Below, piece after piece: positions 1 to 13,124 of a stretch of 64,000 nucleotides of DNA; position 1 is the first letter of the stretch, and each line of letters starts with the position of its first letter. The notes beneath the pieces are model-generated. The model was not told the origin of the DNA, ran no database searches, and saw only the letters and a program-made list of their open reading frames with translations. The position numbers and the translations under genes were made by a program. The DNA is from Macrostomum lignano (taxonomy: Eukaryota), in assembly GCA_002269645.1 (NCBI GenBank), contig NIVC01001425.1, positions 114,666 to 178,665 on the forward strand. The letters run 5' to 3'.

Positions 1-2734
1 TAGGCCTATTGAAAATAAATATCTATATATCTTAAAAACGATTAATACTTTATTGAAAATAGCAAACTAATTATGGCTACGCTAGAAGCATTCAGAGTGT
101 ACAATCTAAAAATATTTTCTCAAGGGACCCAACCAACCTGTAGTATACACATAATATTTGTTATATGAATTTTGGTGGCTGAATATTTTTTTATAATGAA
201 AATGCATCATCATTGGATGGGGTCATAGCAATTCTCAAAATAGCCGGCTGATCATATTCAACAGAAAACTCTGTCTCTGCTTTCAATATTCATAACTACA
301 GCTTCCATCCTTCATCCATCCATAAGTTCATTTTTTCAATGCATTTTTAAAATTGATAGGCCTATCATGTTTCTTTGAAATATTGCGATAAACAAAATTA
401 GGCCTATGCTTAGAAAAACTGATATCCTACTTTAACTCTTTTTGCATGCTTTGCAATATTTAATTTTGAAAAATTAGTTTTTCTAGCTATATAAGTTATA
501 CCTTATCTTTTCTTCTTAAAAAGTCATTTTGTCTGCTGGCAGACAAAAAGGTGGCAGACGAAATGTCTGTGCACCTGATTCACTAGTCTTGATGTTACTG
601 CATTGCAAAGCATTAGAGGCTGATTGGATTGTCACTGGATGAGCCAATGAAGTCCTGCATGGACTTAGCCTATTTCAAGTACCATAGATATAGTTCTAAC
701 AAGACTTAGATTTATAGACCTAAGCCCTAATCAAATATAAAAGCAAATATATTGACATATAATATTTAGGAAAGAAAGCTTTTTGTATTTTTTCAACAGA
801 ATATTCAATTCACTATTTAAGTAGGAAATAGTGAATGTCAATTTTTTAATAAGCTATTGAGTTTTTTAAATTGATCATATAATCAATAGATATAGACAAA
901 CCATTTTTAATAATATAGGGGGGCCTTGTGAAATTCTTGGCAATCTTCTAGTTTTGCATGTTTAATTATTTTTCTTTTTTAATTTCATTCCAAGTTATGC
1001 TAGTGACATATTAAAAGCACAAAAACATGTCTATGGATAAAAGTCTATCAAATATGATAATAATTGCCCTTTGGGTATTTAGTTTCTAGCTAAAAAGCTT
1101 ATAGCCTTATAGGCTAAAGACAGCGGCCTATTAGCTGCTAGAAATATATAACTTCAATTTTTACTTTTGAAAAAATAGCTAGAAGACCACTAGGCGTAAT
1201 ATATTTACCATTTGGTAATCTTTTTTAGGTTATAACACAAGCTTATTGCCACTATTATCAACTCTTAGCCACTCAATATATTTGTTTTAAAACATAACTT
1301 TAACTTGTTTTAAACCCCTATATATTCTAACTTTATTTATATTTATAGTATTTATTCAGGTTTAGCTATAGGCCTATAGTTGTATAGTTATTATAATGCT
1401 AATTGTAGTTTAAATATTTTCAAATTGTAAAATAATTAAGCCTTTAAATTCAACTTCAAAACTAGAATTAGTAGAAGATTACCATTTTTATACAAATTTA
1501 TGATTCTACAAATATATTTATGGTGAAAAAAACTTATTTAAAGTACCTATTCTTTTTTAACATAATTTATAACTAGGCCAATAATTTATATATCATTGCT
1601 ATTTTCTTTTGTTTTATATGTTGTTTCCTTAATGTTTAACATTGTATTAATTACAAAAGTATTTAAAAACGTTTTATTCAGTTGTAACAAAAAACATTTT
1701 TAAGTTAAAAAATTTTTATTTGTTTTACTTGTTTTCCTCTTATTCATTTTTTTGCCATAAATAAATGAGGACAATATCTAGGAATCTCATTATCACAATC
1801 AGGAAATTAACCTTTGCCATAGAAAATTTTGGTGTATATAATAAGTCTAAGATATATTTTGGTATATACCAAAGGCAAAGCCAAGGTTGGCCTAAGCTCA
1901 GCCTAGGCCTGCCTAGAGTAAGCCTAGCTTGGCAAGTTAGTAGCAGTTTTAGCTCAGGCCAAGGACATCAGGCCAAGGTCAGCTTACCATGGTAATGCCA
2001 AGTAGCTTTGCACTATACTTTCTATTTAGCTTTTATAAAGCTTTTTATTGCTTCCTATAGATTGAATACATGTAGGTGCCATTTTCACTCTGCACTTGTA
2101 TTATACAATTTGGTATTATATAAATAGATAAAGTGAATAGGAAAACAACATGAGACAAATTGAAACTATCAATTTACAAATCCCATGTCATTCCTAGCAT
2201 GTTAGTATATTGCAGTGGTAATTTATATGAGCCAAGTTAGTTATAGTAAACCTAGCATAACTTTCAATTGATTTCCCTTTGGAATTAGATATGTATATCT
2301 ACCAGACTCAGTTCTCAATCAATCTTAGCTCTATAAAAATATGCAGCCAACAATTAGGCCCTATGTCTAAGATTAAATGATTGTGAATTAAGACAACAAA
2401 GAGCTTTAAATTTATTGAATTAAAATACCACTGCATCAAGAAATCCACCATAAGCATACTACTGTATTATCAAATGCTAATAATGATAGAAGATTAACTT
2501 TTTAGCTTATAAGCAAAAAACAGACAGAGAAAAAGTAGCTAAATAGCTAAAAACAAAGGTTGGATTAATAGGGTTGTGGTATAGATTTGGTTGAGCATTT
2601 ATTAACATTAAAAAACACAAAAAATAGAATACATAGTTGCAACAAACAACTGTCACCAAAATACCAAAATGAACTAGAAATTAGGTATAATATTTGCTCA
2701 TAATCATAATTTACTTTGTACTTTTACAAAGGCA

Positions 2735-3411
2735 TTATACTTTGTGGTCACTTTTTAACATCCTTGCATCCGCGCTGTCATGCACACACTTTTGCCTGGC
2801 ATCCTGCCTACCTTTCCTATCCTTGCTATTGTGGAAAAAGTGCTTGACTTGGTGCTCAATGTTGCTGTCAGTAGCACCAATATCCATAACAATTATGGCA
2901 CCTGAAACACGGAGAAAGCAATAGTAAAGCTTTGATTTCACTATGACTGTAATATTGGTTCTGTTGTTGTTTTAATACAGAAAATGGGACTTATGCTTAA
3001 GAATCGGTTCCAGGACCTCAGTGAAGGCAATGTCCTTATTAGTGCCAGAAAAATTATACCTTATTTGCAGGGTGTGGGATAGCAGCCTGGTAATCATGCG
3101 CCAGATGGTGTCATGGCAATTAAGCCTGCCAGCCATCTTTAGAGACTCAACCTGTAATGTAGTAAAAACATGCATTACTTACGCCAGGCTACTAGGGTGC
3201 AAGCAAGTTAAATTCAGAGCGCAACAACTGTTTCACTTACTAAGTTGACTTCTTTTTTAGCCGTGAGGGCCTCCTTGAACGCAGCATATTCCATCATTGT
3301 CAACAAGGGTTTAAATTGGAAACTTGGAGATTGATTCATTGATGAAGTGCAGCTACATCGGTGACTGACATAGTTGGAAATGTCCTTTAGTTTGCTACGT
3401 AGTTGATCCAC
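2735..3411 (-). CDS. Spliced exons of a DUF4806-like protein (5' end unresolved), divergent from MEMO1
   Basis: Exon ending KKEVNL at 3241 (donor GTAAGT) joins acceptor TACAG|GTT at 3151 in phase 0, giving VESLKMAGRLNCHDTIWRMITRLLSHTLQIRYNFSGTNKDIAF. The last exon (acceptor TTTCAG at 2902) reads ATDSNIEHQVKHFFHNSKDRKGRQDARQK. This resembles the DUF4806 pattern as I recall it (L..GG....I.R+...L+S..L...YN+.G...K.AF ... IE..+K.W...AKDR.G.R). The junction into the last exon could not be phased. Confidence 0.5.
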
Positions 3412-3651
3412 ACTTGTTGTGAATTAATAATGGACTGTTGGCAACAGTAAAGCAACTCTTGCACATTTAAGGGGTGTGGTTAATCAAGCAATCTTGTCAT
3501 CTTACCTAACTCGATCGTGATTTAATACCAAAATTGTTGTTTAGCCTTACCTTCGACAGATTGCAGACTTAAACCGTCTCCAATCCGTGGCTCTACCTCA
3601 AGGATATACATTTTTGTATTTTTTATCTTGAACTGCAGCCTCACTAGAGAA

Positions 3652-5619
3652 ATGTCAGCCACCGCCGCTGCCTCCAGTTGGAAGCGCAGAGCCAGCCACG
3701 CCGGCAGCTGGTACACTGACAATGCCTCTGTTTTAGAGAAGCAACTAACCGATTGGCTGGCCAATGCTTCTAAATCATCGGGGTCAAATGAGGACAATAA
3801 TGATGGAGCCTCGGATCCAGTTGTTGATATGAGAGACTGCGGCAGTCTGAAAGCAATCATATCGCCGCACGCTGGCTACAGGTATAGCGGCTCTGTGGCG
3901 GCTTACTCTTATCGACTATTGGCTCAGGCTATTGACAGTTTGAGTAGCAATGCCCCTGTCCGAGTTTTCATTCTGGCGCCTAGTCATCACTATCGATTGA
4001 ACGGCTGCGCCCTCAGCTCTGCCGACTGTCTGGCCACTCCACTTGGCGACTTGGCCGTTGATTTGGCCACCGTATCGGCGCTGAACTCTGCTGGAAAATT
4101 TGAAATATTATCGCGAAATTGCGACGAAGCTGAGCATAGCGTTGAGATGCAATTGCCCTATGTTGCTATGGCAACGGCTAAACTGCGGGCTAGCGGACGA
4201 TTTGCTGGAGTTGTGCCAATTTTGGTTTGTTTTACTACCGTCTTTGATTGTTCATGTTCTCACCGGGTTGTATCTGCTTGTCTATGTCTCACAGCTTATA
4301 TCTGTCTATTTCTCACGGCTTATATCTGTCTATTTCTCACAGCTTATATCTGTCTATTTCTCACGGCTTATATCTGTCTATTTCTCACGGCTTATATCTG
4401 TCTATTTCTCACAGCTTATCTCTGTCTATTTCTCACAGCTTATCTCTGTCTACCTGTGACAGGATTATAACTCATTTAGGTTATGAAATTGCATTGATTA
4501 TTGAAGTAGATTTTACACCTGACTGACTTCCTTCAAACCTCACATTGTTAACTAATAAAGCGTATTAAAGCGCAACCGAACCGAACCTAAAACTTGCTCT
4601 CTAGGTGGGGCAGTGCAGCCCTGCCCAGACTGCTTTCTACGCCGACCTGCTGGCTCCTCACTTGCTGGACCCGGCCTCGTTGTTTGTTGTGTCCAGCGAC
4701 TTCTGCCACTGGGGTCGCCGGTTTCGCTACACTTGGCGCGATCCAGATCCGCAAAGGTTGGGCCATAGACTGCAGAATTCATTCACTATTCTTAGATCCC
4801 CAAGTAGTTATAATCCTTAATCTTCACAATCCCCAGTATTCACAATCCCTAATCTTCACAATCCCTAAAAATATTCACAATCCCTACTATTCACAACCCC
4901 AATTATTCACACTCCTATTCTTTACAATCCCAATATTCACAATCCCCAGTATTCACAATCCCATTCTTCACAAATCCCTAATCTTCACAATCCCAATTAT
5001 TCACACTCCTATTCTTTGCAATCCCCAATATTCACAATCCCTAGTATTCACAATCCCATTCTTCACAAATCCCTAATCTTCACAATCCCAATTATTCACA
5101 CTCCTATTCCTTGCAATCCCCAATATTCACAATCCCTAGTATTCACAATCCCATTCTTCACAATTCCCAATATTCACAATCCCCGGTATTCACTATCCCC
5201 AATCTTCACAATCCGAAATCTTCACAATCCTCTGATTTTAGAATCCATAATTAATGTGTTTGAATTTATCTAGAATATTGGTACTAAAGCAAATATTTTT
5301 ACTGTCAGTAGTCATCTGCGAACATTTTATTGCTTGCAGAGCCGGAGAGCCGATCTGGCAAGGCATCGAGCGTCTGGACCGGCTGGGCATGCGCGCCATC
5401 GAGTCCCTGGAAGCGGGCCAGTTCGCCGACTATTTGGACAATTTCGGCAATACAATCTGCGGCAGAAAGCCCATAGCTCTGCTGTTGTCCACCTTGGCAG
5501 CGGCCGGCGGCGGCAACCGATGGACAATGCGCTTCCTTCGTTACGCCCAGTCGTCCAAGTGTTTCAGTGAAGAAGATTCTTCTGTTAGTTACGCTGCTGG
5601 GGCGCTGTTCAGTCGATAA
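3652..5619 (+). CDS. MEMO1: Protein MEMO1 (mediator of ErbB2-driven cell motility 1), 3 exons: 3652-4224, 4605-4756, 5340-5619; 334 aa
   Basis: Motifs [60 protein letters not shown] and [13 protein letters not shown] junctions (TTG|GTTTGT, CTAG|GTG, AAAG|GTTGGG, TGCAG|A) are phase-consistent and sum to 1005 nt. Confidence 0.93.
4280..4452. repeat. 24-bp tandem repeat in MEMO1 intron 1
   Basis: About 7 copies of CTTATATCTGTCTATTTCTCAC(A/G)G. Confidence 0.9.
4812..5232. repeat. Imperfect TTCACAATCCC-based tandem repeat in MEMO1 intron 2
   Basis: TTCACAATCCC recurs with variable spacers and longer duplicated blocks. Confidence 0.85.
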
Positions 5620-5650
5620 GGAACTCTATCTGTTTGTGAACTCTATCTAC

Positions 5651-6775
5651 TTCTCATCCAGTTCTCACTTCTCATCTTTATCATCCAATTCTCACTTCTC
5701 ATCTTTCTCATCCAATTCTCACTGCTCATCTTTCTCATTCAATTCTCACTGCTCATTTTTCTCATTCAATTCTCACTGCTCATCTAACTCATCCAGTTCT
5801 CACTTCTCATCTTTATCATCCAATTCTCACTTCTCATCTTTCTCATCCAGTTCTCACTGCTCATCTTTCTCATTCAATTCTCACTGCTCATCTTTCTCAT
5901 TCAATTCTCACTGCTCATCTTTCTCATTCAATTCTCACTGCTCATCTTTCTCATTCAATTCTCACTTCTCATCTTTCTCATTCAATTCTCACTGCTCATC
6001 TTTCTCATTCAATTCTCACTGCTCATCTTTCTCATTCAATTCTCACTTCTCATCTTTTTCATTCAATTCTCACTGCTCATCTTTCTCATCCAGTTCTCAC
6101 TTCTCATCTTTATCATCCAATTCTCACTTCTCATCTTTCTCATCCAGTTCTCACTGCTCATCTTTCTCATTCAATTCTCACTTCTCATATTTATCATCCA
6201 ATTCTCACTTCTCATCTTTCTCATCCAGTTCTCACTGCTCATCTTTCTCATTCAATTCTCACTGCTCATCTTTCTCATTCAATTCTCACTGCTCATCTTT
6301 CTCATCCAGCTCTCACTTCTCATCGTTCTCATCCAATTCTCACTTCTCATCTTTCTCATCCAGTTCTCACTTCTCATCTTTATCATCCAATTCTCACTTC
6401 TCATCTTTCTCATCCAGTTCTCACTGCTCATCTTTCTCATTCAATTCTCACTTCTCATATTTATCATCCAATTCTCACTTCTCATCTTTCTCATCCAGTT
6501 CTCACTGCTCATCTTTCTCATTCAATTCTCACTGCTCATCTTTCTCATTCAATTCTCACTGCTCATCTTTCTCATCCAGCTCTCACTTCTCATCGTTCTC
6601 ATCCAATTCTCACTTCTCATCTTTCTCATCCAGTTCTCACTTCTCATCTATCTCGTTGAATTCTCATCCATCTCATCCAGCTCTTACTTCTCATCTTTCT
6701 CATCGAATTCTCATCTATCTCATCCTATTCTCATTTCTAATCTTTCTTATCGAATTCTCAATTTTTCTCATGCAA
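5651..6775. repeat. 27-bp pyrimidine-rich minisatellite immediately after the MEMO1 stop
   Basis: Unit ~TTCTCACTTCTCATCTTTCTCATCCAA with variants; regular to ~6660, then degenerate. Confidence 0.92.
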
Positions 6776-7290
6776 TTGTCTAACTGTTATTGCTTGTTAA
6801 TCTCAAAAGTTAAATTGTAAAATTGAGCTTTATTGCATCGTAATTGCTTTTGCTAGATTTTGCTTCCGCTAGAGTTTATATAAAATTAAGTCTATGTGCA
6901 AAATTTGAATTCGACTCGTACTTTAGTTCTACAGACAGATAGTTTAAATATTAGCGTGCTTTTAGTCAGTCTCGCAGCCCTCTCGCTCTTTGACTTGAAA
7001 GCATGATTTTTATAGAAAATTGACCCTTCATAAAATTAACTATTATATTTTTTGCAATCATTTTTTTGCATTTGTGTTTTCATGCTAAACAGTAATATTG
7101 TAATCATTTGTAGCTTTAGTCTACGCAAATATGACAAATTGCGATGTTTAATATGCGTCTGTGAGAAATTGCGCTGAGTATCTAAAATATATATTATAAA
7201 ATAGCGGAAAAATGCGAAAATTGTTGACAAATTTTAAAATAAAATGTGCTCTGCTGCTTTATTGTTCTCTACTAACACAGAATTATTCCA

Positions 7291-8812
7291 TTATGTCTAC
7301 AGCATCCCTTCCCTTCATATCTACAGCACTACAGCATCCCTTCCCATTATATCTACAGCACCACAGCATCCCTTCCCATTATATCTACAGCACTACAGCC
7401 TCCCTTCCCGTTATATCTACAGCACTACAGCATCCCTTCCCTTCATATCTACAGCACTACAGCATCCCTTCCCTTCATATCTACAGCACTACAGCATCCC
7501 TTCCCTTCATATCTACAGCACTACAGCAACCCTTCCCTTCATATCTACAGCACTACAGCATCCCTTCCCTTCATATCTACAGCACTACAGCATCCCTTCC
7601 CTTCATATCTACAGCACTACAGCATCTCGTCCCGTTATATATGCAGCACTACAGCATCTCGTCCCGTTATATCTGCAGCACTACAGCATCCCTTCCCGTT
7701 ATATCTACAGCACTACAGCATCCCTTCCCATTATATCTACAGCACCACAGCATCCCTTCCCATTATATCTACAGCACTACAGCCTCCCTTCCCGTTATAT
7801 CTACAGCACTACAGCATCCCTTCCCATTATATCTACAGCACTACAGCATCCCTTCCCATTATATCTACAGCACCACAGCATCCCTTCCCATTATATCTAC
7901 AGCACTACAGCCTCCCTTCCCGTTATATCTACAGCACTACAGCATCCCTTCCCTTCATATCTACAGCACTACAGCATCCCTTCCCTTCATATCTACAGCA
8001 CTACAGCATCCCTTCCCTTCATATCTACAGCACTACAGCAACCCTTCCCTTCATATCTACAGCACTACAGCATCCCTTCCCTTCATATCTACAGCACTAC
8101 AGCATCCCTTCCCTTCATATCTACAGCACTACAGCATCTCGTCCCGTTATATCTGCAGCACTACAGCATCTCGTCCCGTTATATCTGCAGCACTACAGCA
8201 TCCCTTCCCGTTATATCTACAGCACTACAGCATCTCTTCCCGTTATCTACAGCACTACAGCATCTCGTCCCGTTATATCTGCAGCACTACAGCATCTCTT
8301 CCCGTTATATCTACAGCACTACAGCATCTCTTCCCGTTATATCTACAGCACTACAGCATCTCTTCCCGTTATATCTGCAGCACTACAGCATCTCTTCCCG
8401 TTATATCTGCAGCACTACAGCATCTCTTCCCGTTATATCTGCAGCACTACAGCATCTCTTCCCGTTATATCTGCAGCACTACAGCATCTCTTCCCGTTAT
8501 ATCTGCAGCACTACAGCATCTCTTCCCGTTATATCTACAGCACTACAGCATCCCTTCCCTTCATATCTACAGCATCTCTACCCGTCATATCTACAGCACT
8601 ACAGCATCCCTTCCCTTCATATCTACAGCATCTCTTCCCGTTATATCTACAGCACTACAGCATCCCTTCCCTTCATATCTACAGCATCTCTTCCCGTTAT
8701 ATCTACAGCACTACAGCATCCCTTCCCTTCATATCTACAGCATCTCTTCCCGTTATATCTACAGCACTACAGCATCTCTTCCCTTCATATCTACAGCATC
8801 TCTTCCCTTCAT
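7291..8812. repeat. 32-bp minisatellite
   Basis: Unit ATATCTACAGCACTACAGCATCCCTTCCC(TTC/ATT/GTT); period 32 measured between 7321 and 7353. Confidence 0.93.
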
Positions 8813-9168
8813 AACCTTGTTTCTTCGTTTCCATTATTGAGTCAGCTTCTCAGTCCAATGTTTCTTCCAGTCTATTGATGTAGCTTGAAGCAATAGCATA
8901 ATTGTTATCTACGAGAAATACAAGAGTATAGGCTTCTAATTTATATCTGTTTTTTTTATTTATGACGCCTACGGTGTGCTATGAGAATGAAAATTTACAA
9001 ACGTTTATTATCGAGTCAAAGGGACAAAATCAGATCCCTGCTTAATGAGTGCTTATTAAGCGCTCCGTTTATTGAAGGTAGGAATGTCTTTTAGACTACG
9101 AGCTATAAAATTATTTTTCCTTGGGATTTCTCATTTGTTATCGTCAGTAAATTATCTAGTTTTTAATG

Positions 9169-12100
9169 TATCCAGTTTGTAAATTGTCCAGTTTGAAGTG
9201 TCCAGTTTGTGAATTGTCCAGTTTGTGAAGTGTCCAGTTTGTGAATTGTCCAGTTTGTGAATTGTCCAGTTTGTGAATTGTCCAGTTTGTGAATTGTCCA
9301 GTTTGAAGTGTCCAGTTTGTGAATTGTCCAGTTTGTGAAGTGTCCAGTTTGTGAATTGTCCAGTTTGTGAATTATCCAGTTTGTGAATTGTCCAGTTTGT
9401 GAATTGTCCAGTTTGTGAAGTGTCCAGTTTGTGAATTGTCCAGTTTGTGAATTGTCCAGTTTGTGAATTGTCCAGTTTGTGAATTGTCCAGTTTGTGAAG
9501 TGTCCAGTTTGTGAATTGTCCAGTTTGTGAATTATCCAGTTTGTGAATTGTCCAGTTTGAAGTGTCCAGTTTGTGAATTGTCCAGTTTGTGAAGTGTCCA
9601 GTTTGTGAATTGTCCAGTTTGTGAATTGTCCAGTTTGTGAATTGTCCAGTTTGTGAATTGTCCAGTTTGTGAATTATCCAGTTTGTGAATTGTCCAGTTT
9701 GTGAAGTGTCCAGTTTGTGAATTGTCCAGTTTGTGAATTGTCCAGTTTGTGAATTGTCCAGTTTGTGAATTGTCCAGTTTGTGAATTGTCCAGTTTGTGA
9801 ATTATCCAGTTTGTGAATTGTCCAGTTTGTGAAGTGTCCAGTTTGTGAATTATCCAGTTTGTGAAGTGTCCAGTTTGTGAATTATCCAGTTTGTGAATTG
9901 TCTAGTTTGTGAATTGTCCAGTTTGTGAAGTGTCCAGTTTGTGAATTGTCCAGTTTGTGAATTGTCCAGTTTGTGAATTGTCCAGTTTGTGAAGTGTCCA
10001 GTTTGTGAATTGTCCAGTTTGTGAATTATCCAGTTTGTGAATTGTCCAGTTTGAAGTGTCCAGTTTGTGAATTGTCCAGTTTGTGAAGTGTCCAGTTTGT
10101 GAAGTGTCCAGTTTGTGAATTGTCCAGTTTGTGAATTGTCCAGTTTGTGAATTGTCCAGTTTGTGAATTGTCCAGTTTGTGAATTATCCAGTTTGTGAAT
10201 TGTCCAGTTTGTGAAGTGTCCAGTTTGTGAATTATCCAGTTTGTGAAGTGTCCAGTTTAAGAATTATCCAGTTTGTGAATTATCCAGTTTGTGAATTATC
10301 CAGTTTGTGAAGTGTCCAGTTTAAGAATTATCCAGTTTGTGAATTATCCAGTTTGTGAATTGTCCAGTTTGTGAAGTGTCCAGTTTGTGAATTGTCCAGT
10401 TTGTGAATTATCCAGTTTGTGAATTGTCCAGTTTGAAGTGTCCAGTTTGTGAATTGTCCAGTTTGTGAAGTGTCCAGTTTGTGAATTGTCCAGTTTGTGA
10501 ATTGTCCAGTTTGTGAATTGTCCAGTTTGTGAATTATCCAGTTTGTGAATTGTCCAGTTTGTGAAGTGTCCAGTTTGTGAATTATCCAGTTTGTGAAGTG
10601 TCCAGTTTAAGAATTATCCAGTTTGTGAATTATCCAGTTTGTGAATTATCCAGTTTGTGAAGTGTCCAGTTTAAGAATTATCCAGTTTGTGAATTATCCA
10701 GTTTGTGAATTATCCAGTTTGTGAATTATCCAGTTTGTGAAGTGTCCAGTTTAAGAATTATCCAGTTTGTGAATTATCCAGTTTGTGAAGTGTCCAGTTT
10801 GTGAAGTGTCCAGTTTGTGAATTGTCCAGTTTGTAAATTGTCCAGTTTGTGAATTGTCCAGTTTGTGAATTGTCCAGTTTGTGAATTATCCAGTTTGTGA
10901 ATTGTCCAGTTTGTGAAGTGTCCAGTTTGTGAATTATCCAGTTTGTGAATTGTCCAGTTTGTGAGGTGTCCAGTTTGTGAATTATCCAGTTTGTAAATTG
11001 TCCAGTTTGTGAAGTGTCCAGTTTGTGAATTGTCCAGTTTGTAAAGTGTCCAGTTTGTTAATTGTCCAGTTTGTGAATTATCAAGTTTGTAAATTGTCCA
11101 GTTTGTGAAGTGTCCAGTTTGTGAATTGTCCAGTTTGTAAAATGTCCAGTTTGTTAATTGTCCAGTTTGTGAATTGTCCAGTTTGTGAATTGTCCAGTTT
11201 GTAAATTGTCCAGTTTGTTAATTGTCCAGTTTGTAAATTGTCCAGTTTGTAAATTGTCTAGTTTGGGAATTGTCTAGTTTGGGAATTGTCTAGTTTGGGA
11301 ATTGTCCAGTTTGTTAATTGTCCAGTTTGTGAATTGTCCAGTTTGTAAATTGTCCAGTTTGTTAATTGTCCAGTTTGTTAATTGTCCAGTTTGTGAATTG
11401 TCCAGTTTGTGAATTGTCCAGTTTGTAAATTGTCCAGTTTGTTAATTGTCCAGTTTGTAAATTGTCTAGTTTGGGAATTGTCTAGTTTGGGAATTGTCTA
11501 GTTTGTGAAGTGTCCAGTTTGTGAAGTGTCCAGTTTGTAAATTGTCTAGTTTGTGAATTGTCTAGTTTGGGAATTGTCTAGTTTGTGAATTGTCCAGTTT
11601 GTGAAGTGTCCAGTTTGTGAATTGTCCAGTTTGTAAACTGTCTAGTTTGTGAATTGTCTAGTTTGGGAATTGTCTAGTTTGTGAATTGTCTAGTTTGGGA
11701 ATTGTCCAGTTTGTGAATTGTCCAGTTTGTGAAGTGTCCAGTTTGTGAAGTGTCCAGTTTGTGAGCTATCCTGTTTGTGAAGTGTCCAGTTTGTGAATTG
11801 TCCAGTTTGTGAGTTATCCAGTTTATGAATTTTACAGTTTGTGAAGTGTCCAGTTTGTGAAGTGTCCAGTTTGTGAGCTATCCTGTTTGTGAAGTGTCCA
11901 GTTTGTGAATTTTCCAGTTTGTGAAGTGTCCAGTTTGTGAATTGTCCAGTTTGTGAAGTGTCCAGTTTGTGAAGTGTCCAGTTTGTGAGCTATCCTGTTT
12001 GTGAAGTGTCCAGTTTGTGAATTTTCCAGTTTGTGAAGTGTCCAGTTTGTGAATTGTCCAGTTTGTGAAGTGTCCAGTTTGTGAAGTGTCCAGTTTGTGA

Positions 12101-13124
12101 GCTATCCAGTTTGTGAATTGTCCAGTTTGTGAATTGTCCAGTTTGTGAGTTGTCCAGTTTGTGAATTGTCCAGTTTGTGAGCTATCCTGTTTGTGAAGTG
12201 TCCAGTTTGTGAATTTTCCAGTTTGTGAAGTGTCCAGTTTGTGAATTGTCCAGTTTGTGAAGTGTCCAGTTTGTGAAGTGTCCAGTTTGTGAGCTATCCA
12301 GTTTGTGAATTGTCCAGTTTGTGAATTGTCCAGTTTGTGAGTTGTCCAGTTTGTGAATTGTCCAGTTTGTGAGCTATCCTGTTTGTGAAGTGTCCAGTTT
12401 GTGAATTGTCCAGTTTGTGAGTTATCCAGTTTATGAATTTTACAGTTTGTGAAGTGTCCAGTTTGTGAAGTGTCCAGTTTGTGAGCTATCCTGTTTGTGA
12501 AGTGTCCAGTTTGTGAATTTTCCAGTTTGTGAAGTGTCCAGTTTGTGAATTGTCCAGTTTGTGAAGTGTCCAGTTTGTGAAGTGTCCAGTTTGTGAGCTA
12601 TCCTGTTTGTGAAGTGTCCAGTTTGTGAATTTTCCAGTTTGTGAAGTGTCCAGTTTGTGAATTGTCCAGTTTGTGAGTTATCCAGTTTGTGAAGTGTCCA
12701 GTTTGTGAGCTATCCAGTTTGTGAATTGTCCAGTTTGTGAATTGTCCAGTTTGTGAGTTGTCCAGTTTGTGAATTGTCCAGTTTGTGAGCTATCCAGTTT
12801 GTGAAGTGTCCAGTTTGTGAGCTATCCAGTTTGTGAATTGTCCAGTTTGTGAATTGTCCAGTTTGTGAGTTGTCCAGTTTGTGAAGTGTCCAGTTTGTGA
12901 ATTGTCCAGTTTGTGAATTGTCCAGTTTGTGAATTGTCCAGTTTGTGAGTTGTCCAGTTTGTGAAGTATCCAGTTTGTGAAGTGTCCAGTTTGTGAATTT
13001 TCCAGTTTGTGAGTTATCCAGTTTGTGAATTTTCCAGTTTGTGAGTTATCCAGTTTGTGAATTGTCCAGTTTGTGAATTTTCCAGTTTGTGAATTGTCCA
13101 GTTTGTGAATTGTTCAGTTTGTGA
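9169..13124. repeat. ~4 kb 16-bp satellite (~245 units) with variant zones
   Basis: Unit TGTCCAGTTTGTGAAT; variants GAAGTG, TTATCC, CTAGTTTGGG and GAGCTATCCTG occupy distinct sub-regions. Confidence 0.97.

Noticed and set aside
5567-8878. Long ORFs of 417, 542 and 544 aa (Ser/Phe/His- or Gln/His/Pro-rich)
   Set aside because: They are translations of 27- and 32-bp minisatellites that lack stops in some frames; there is no unique domain.
9169-13124. CRISPR-like interpretation of this and the other regular arrays
   Set aside because: Units are contiguous with no unique spacers, there are no cas genes, and the context is eukaryotic.
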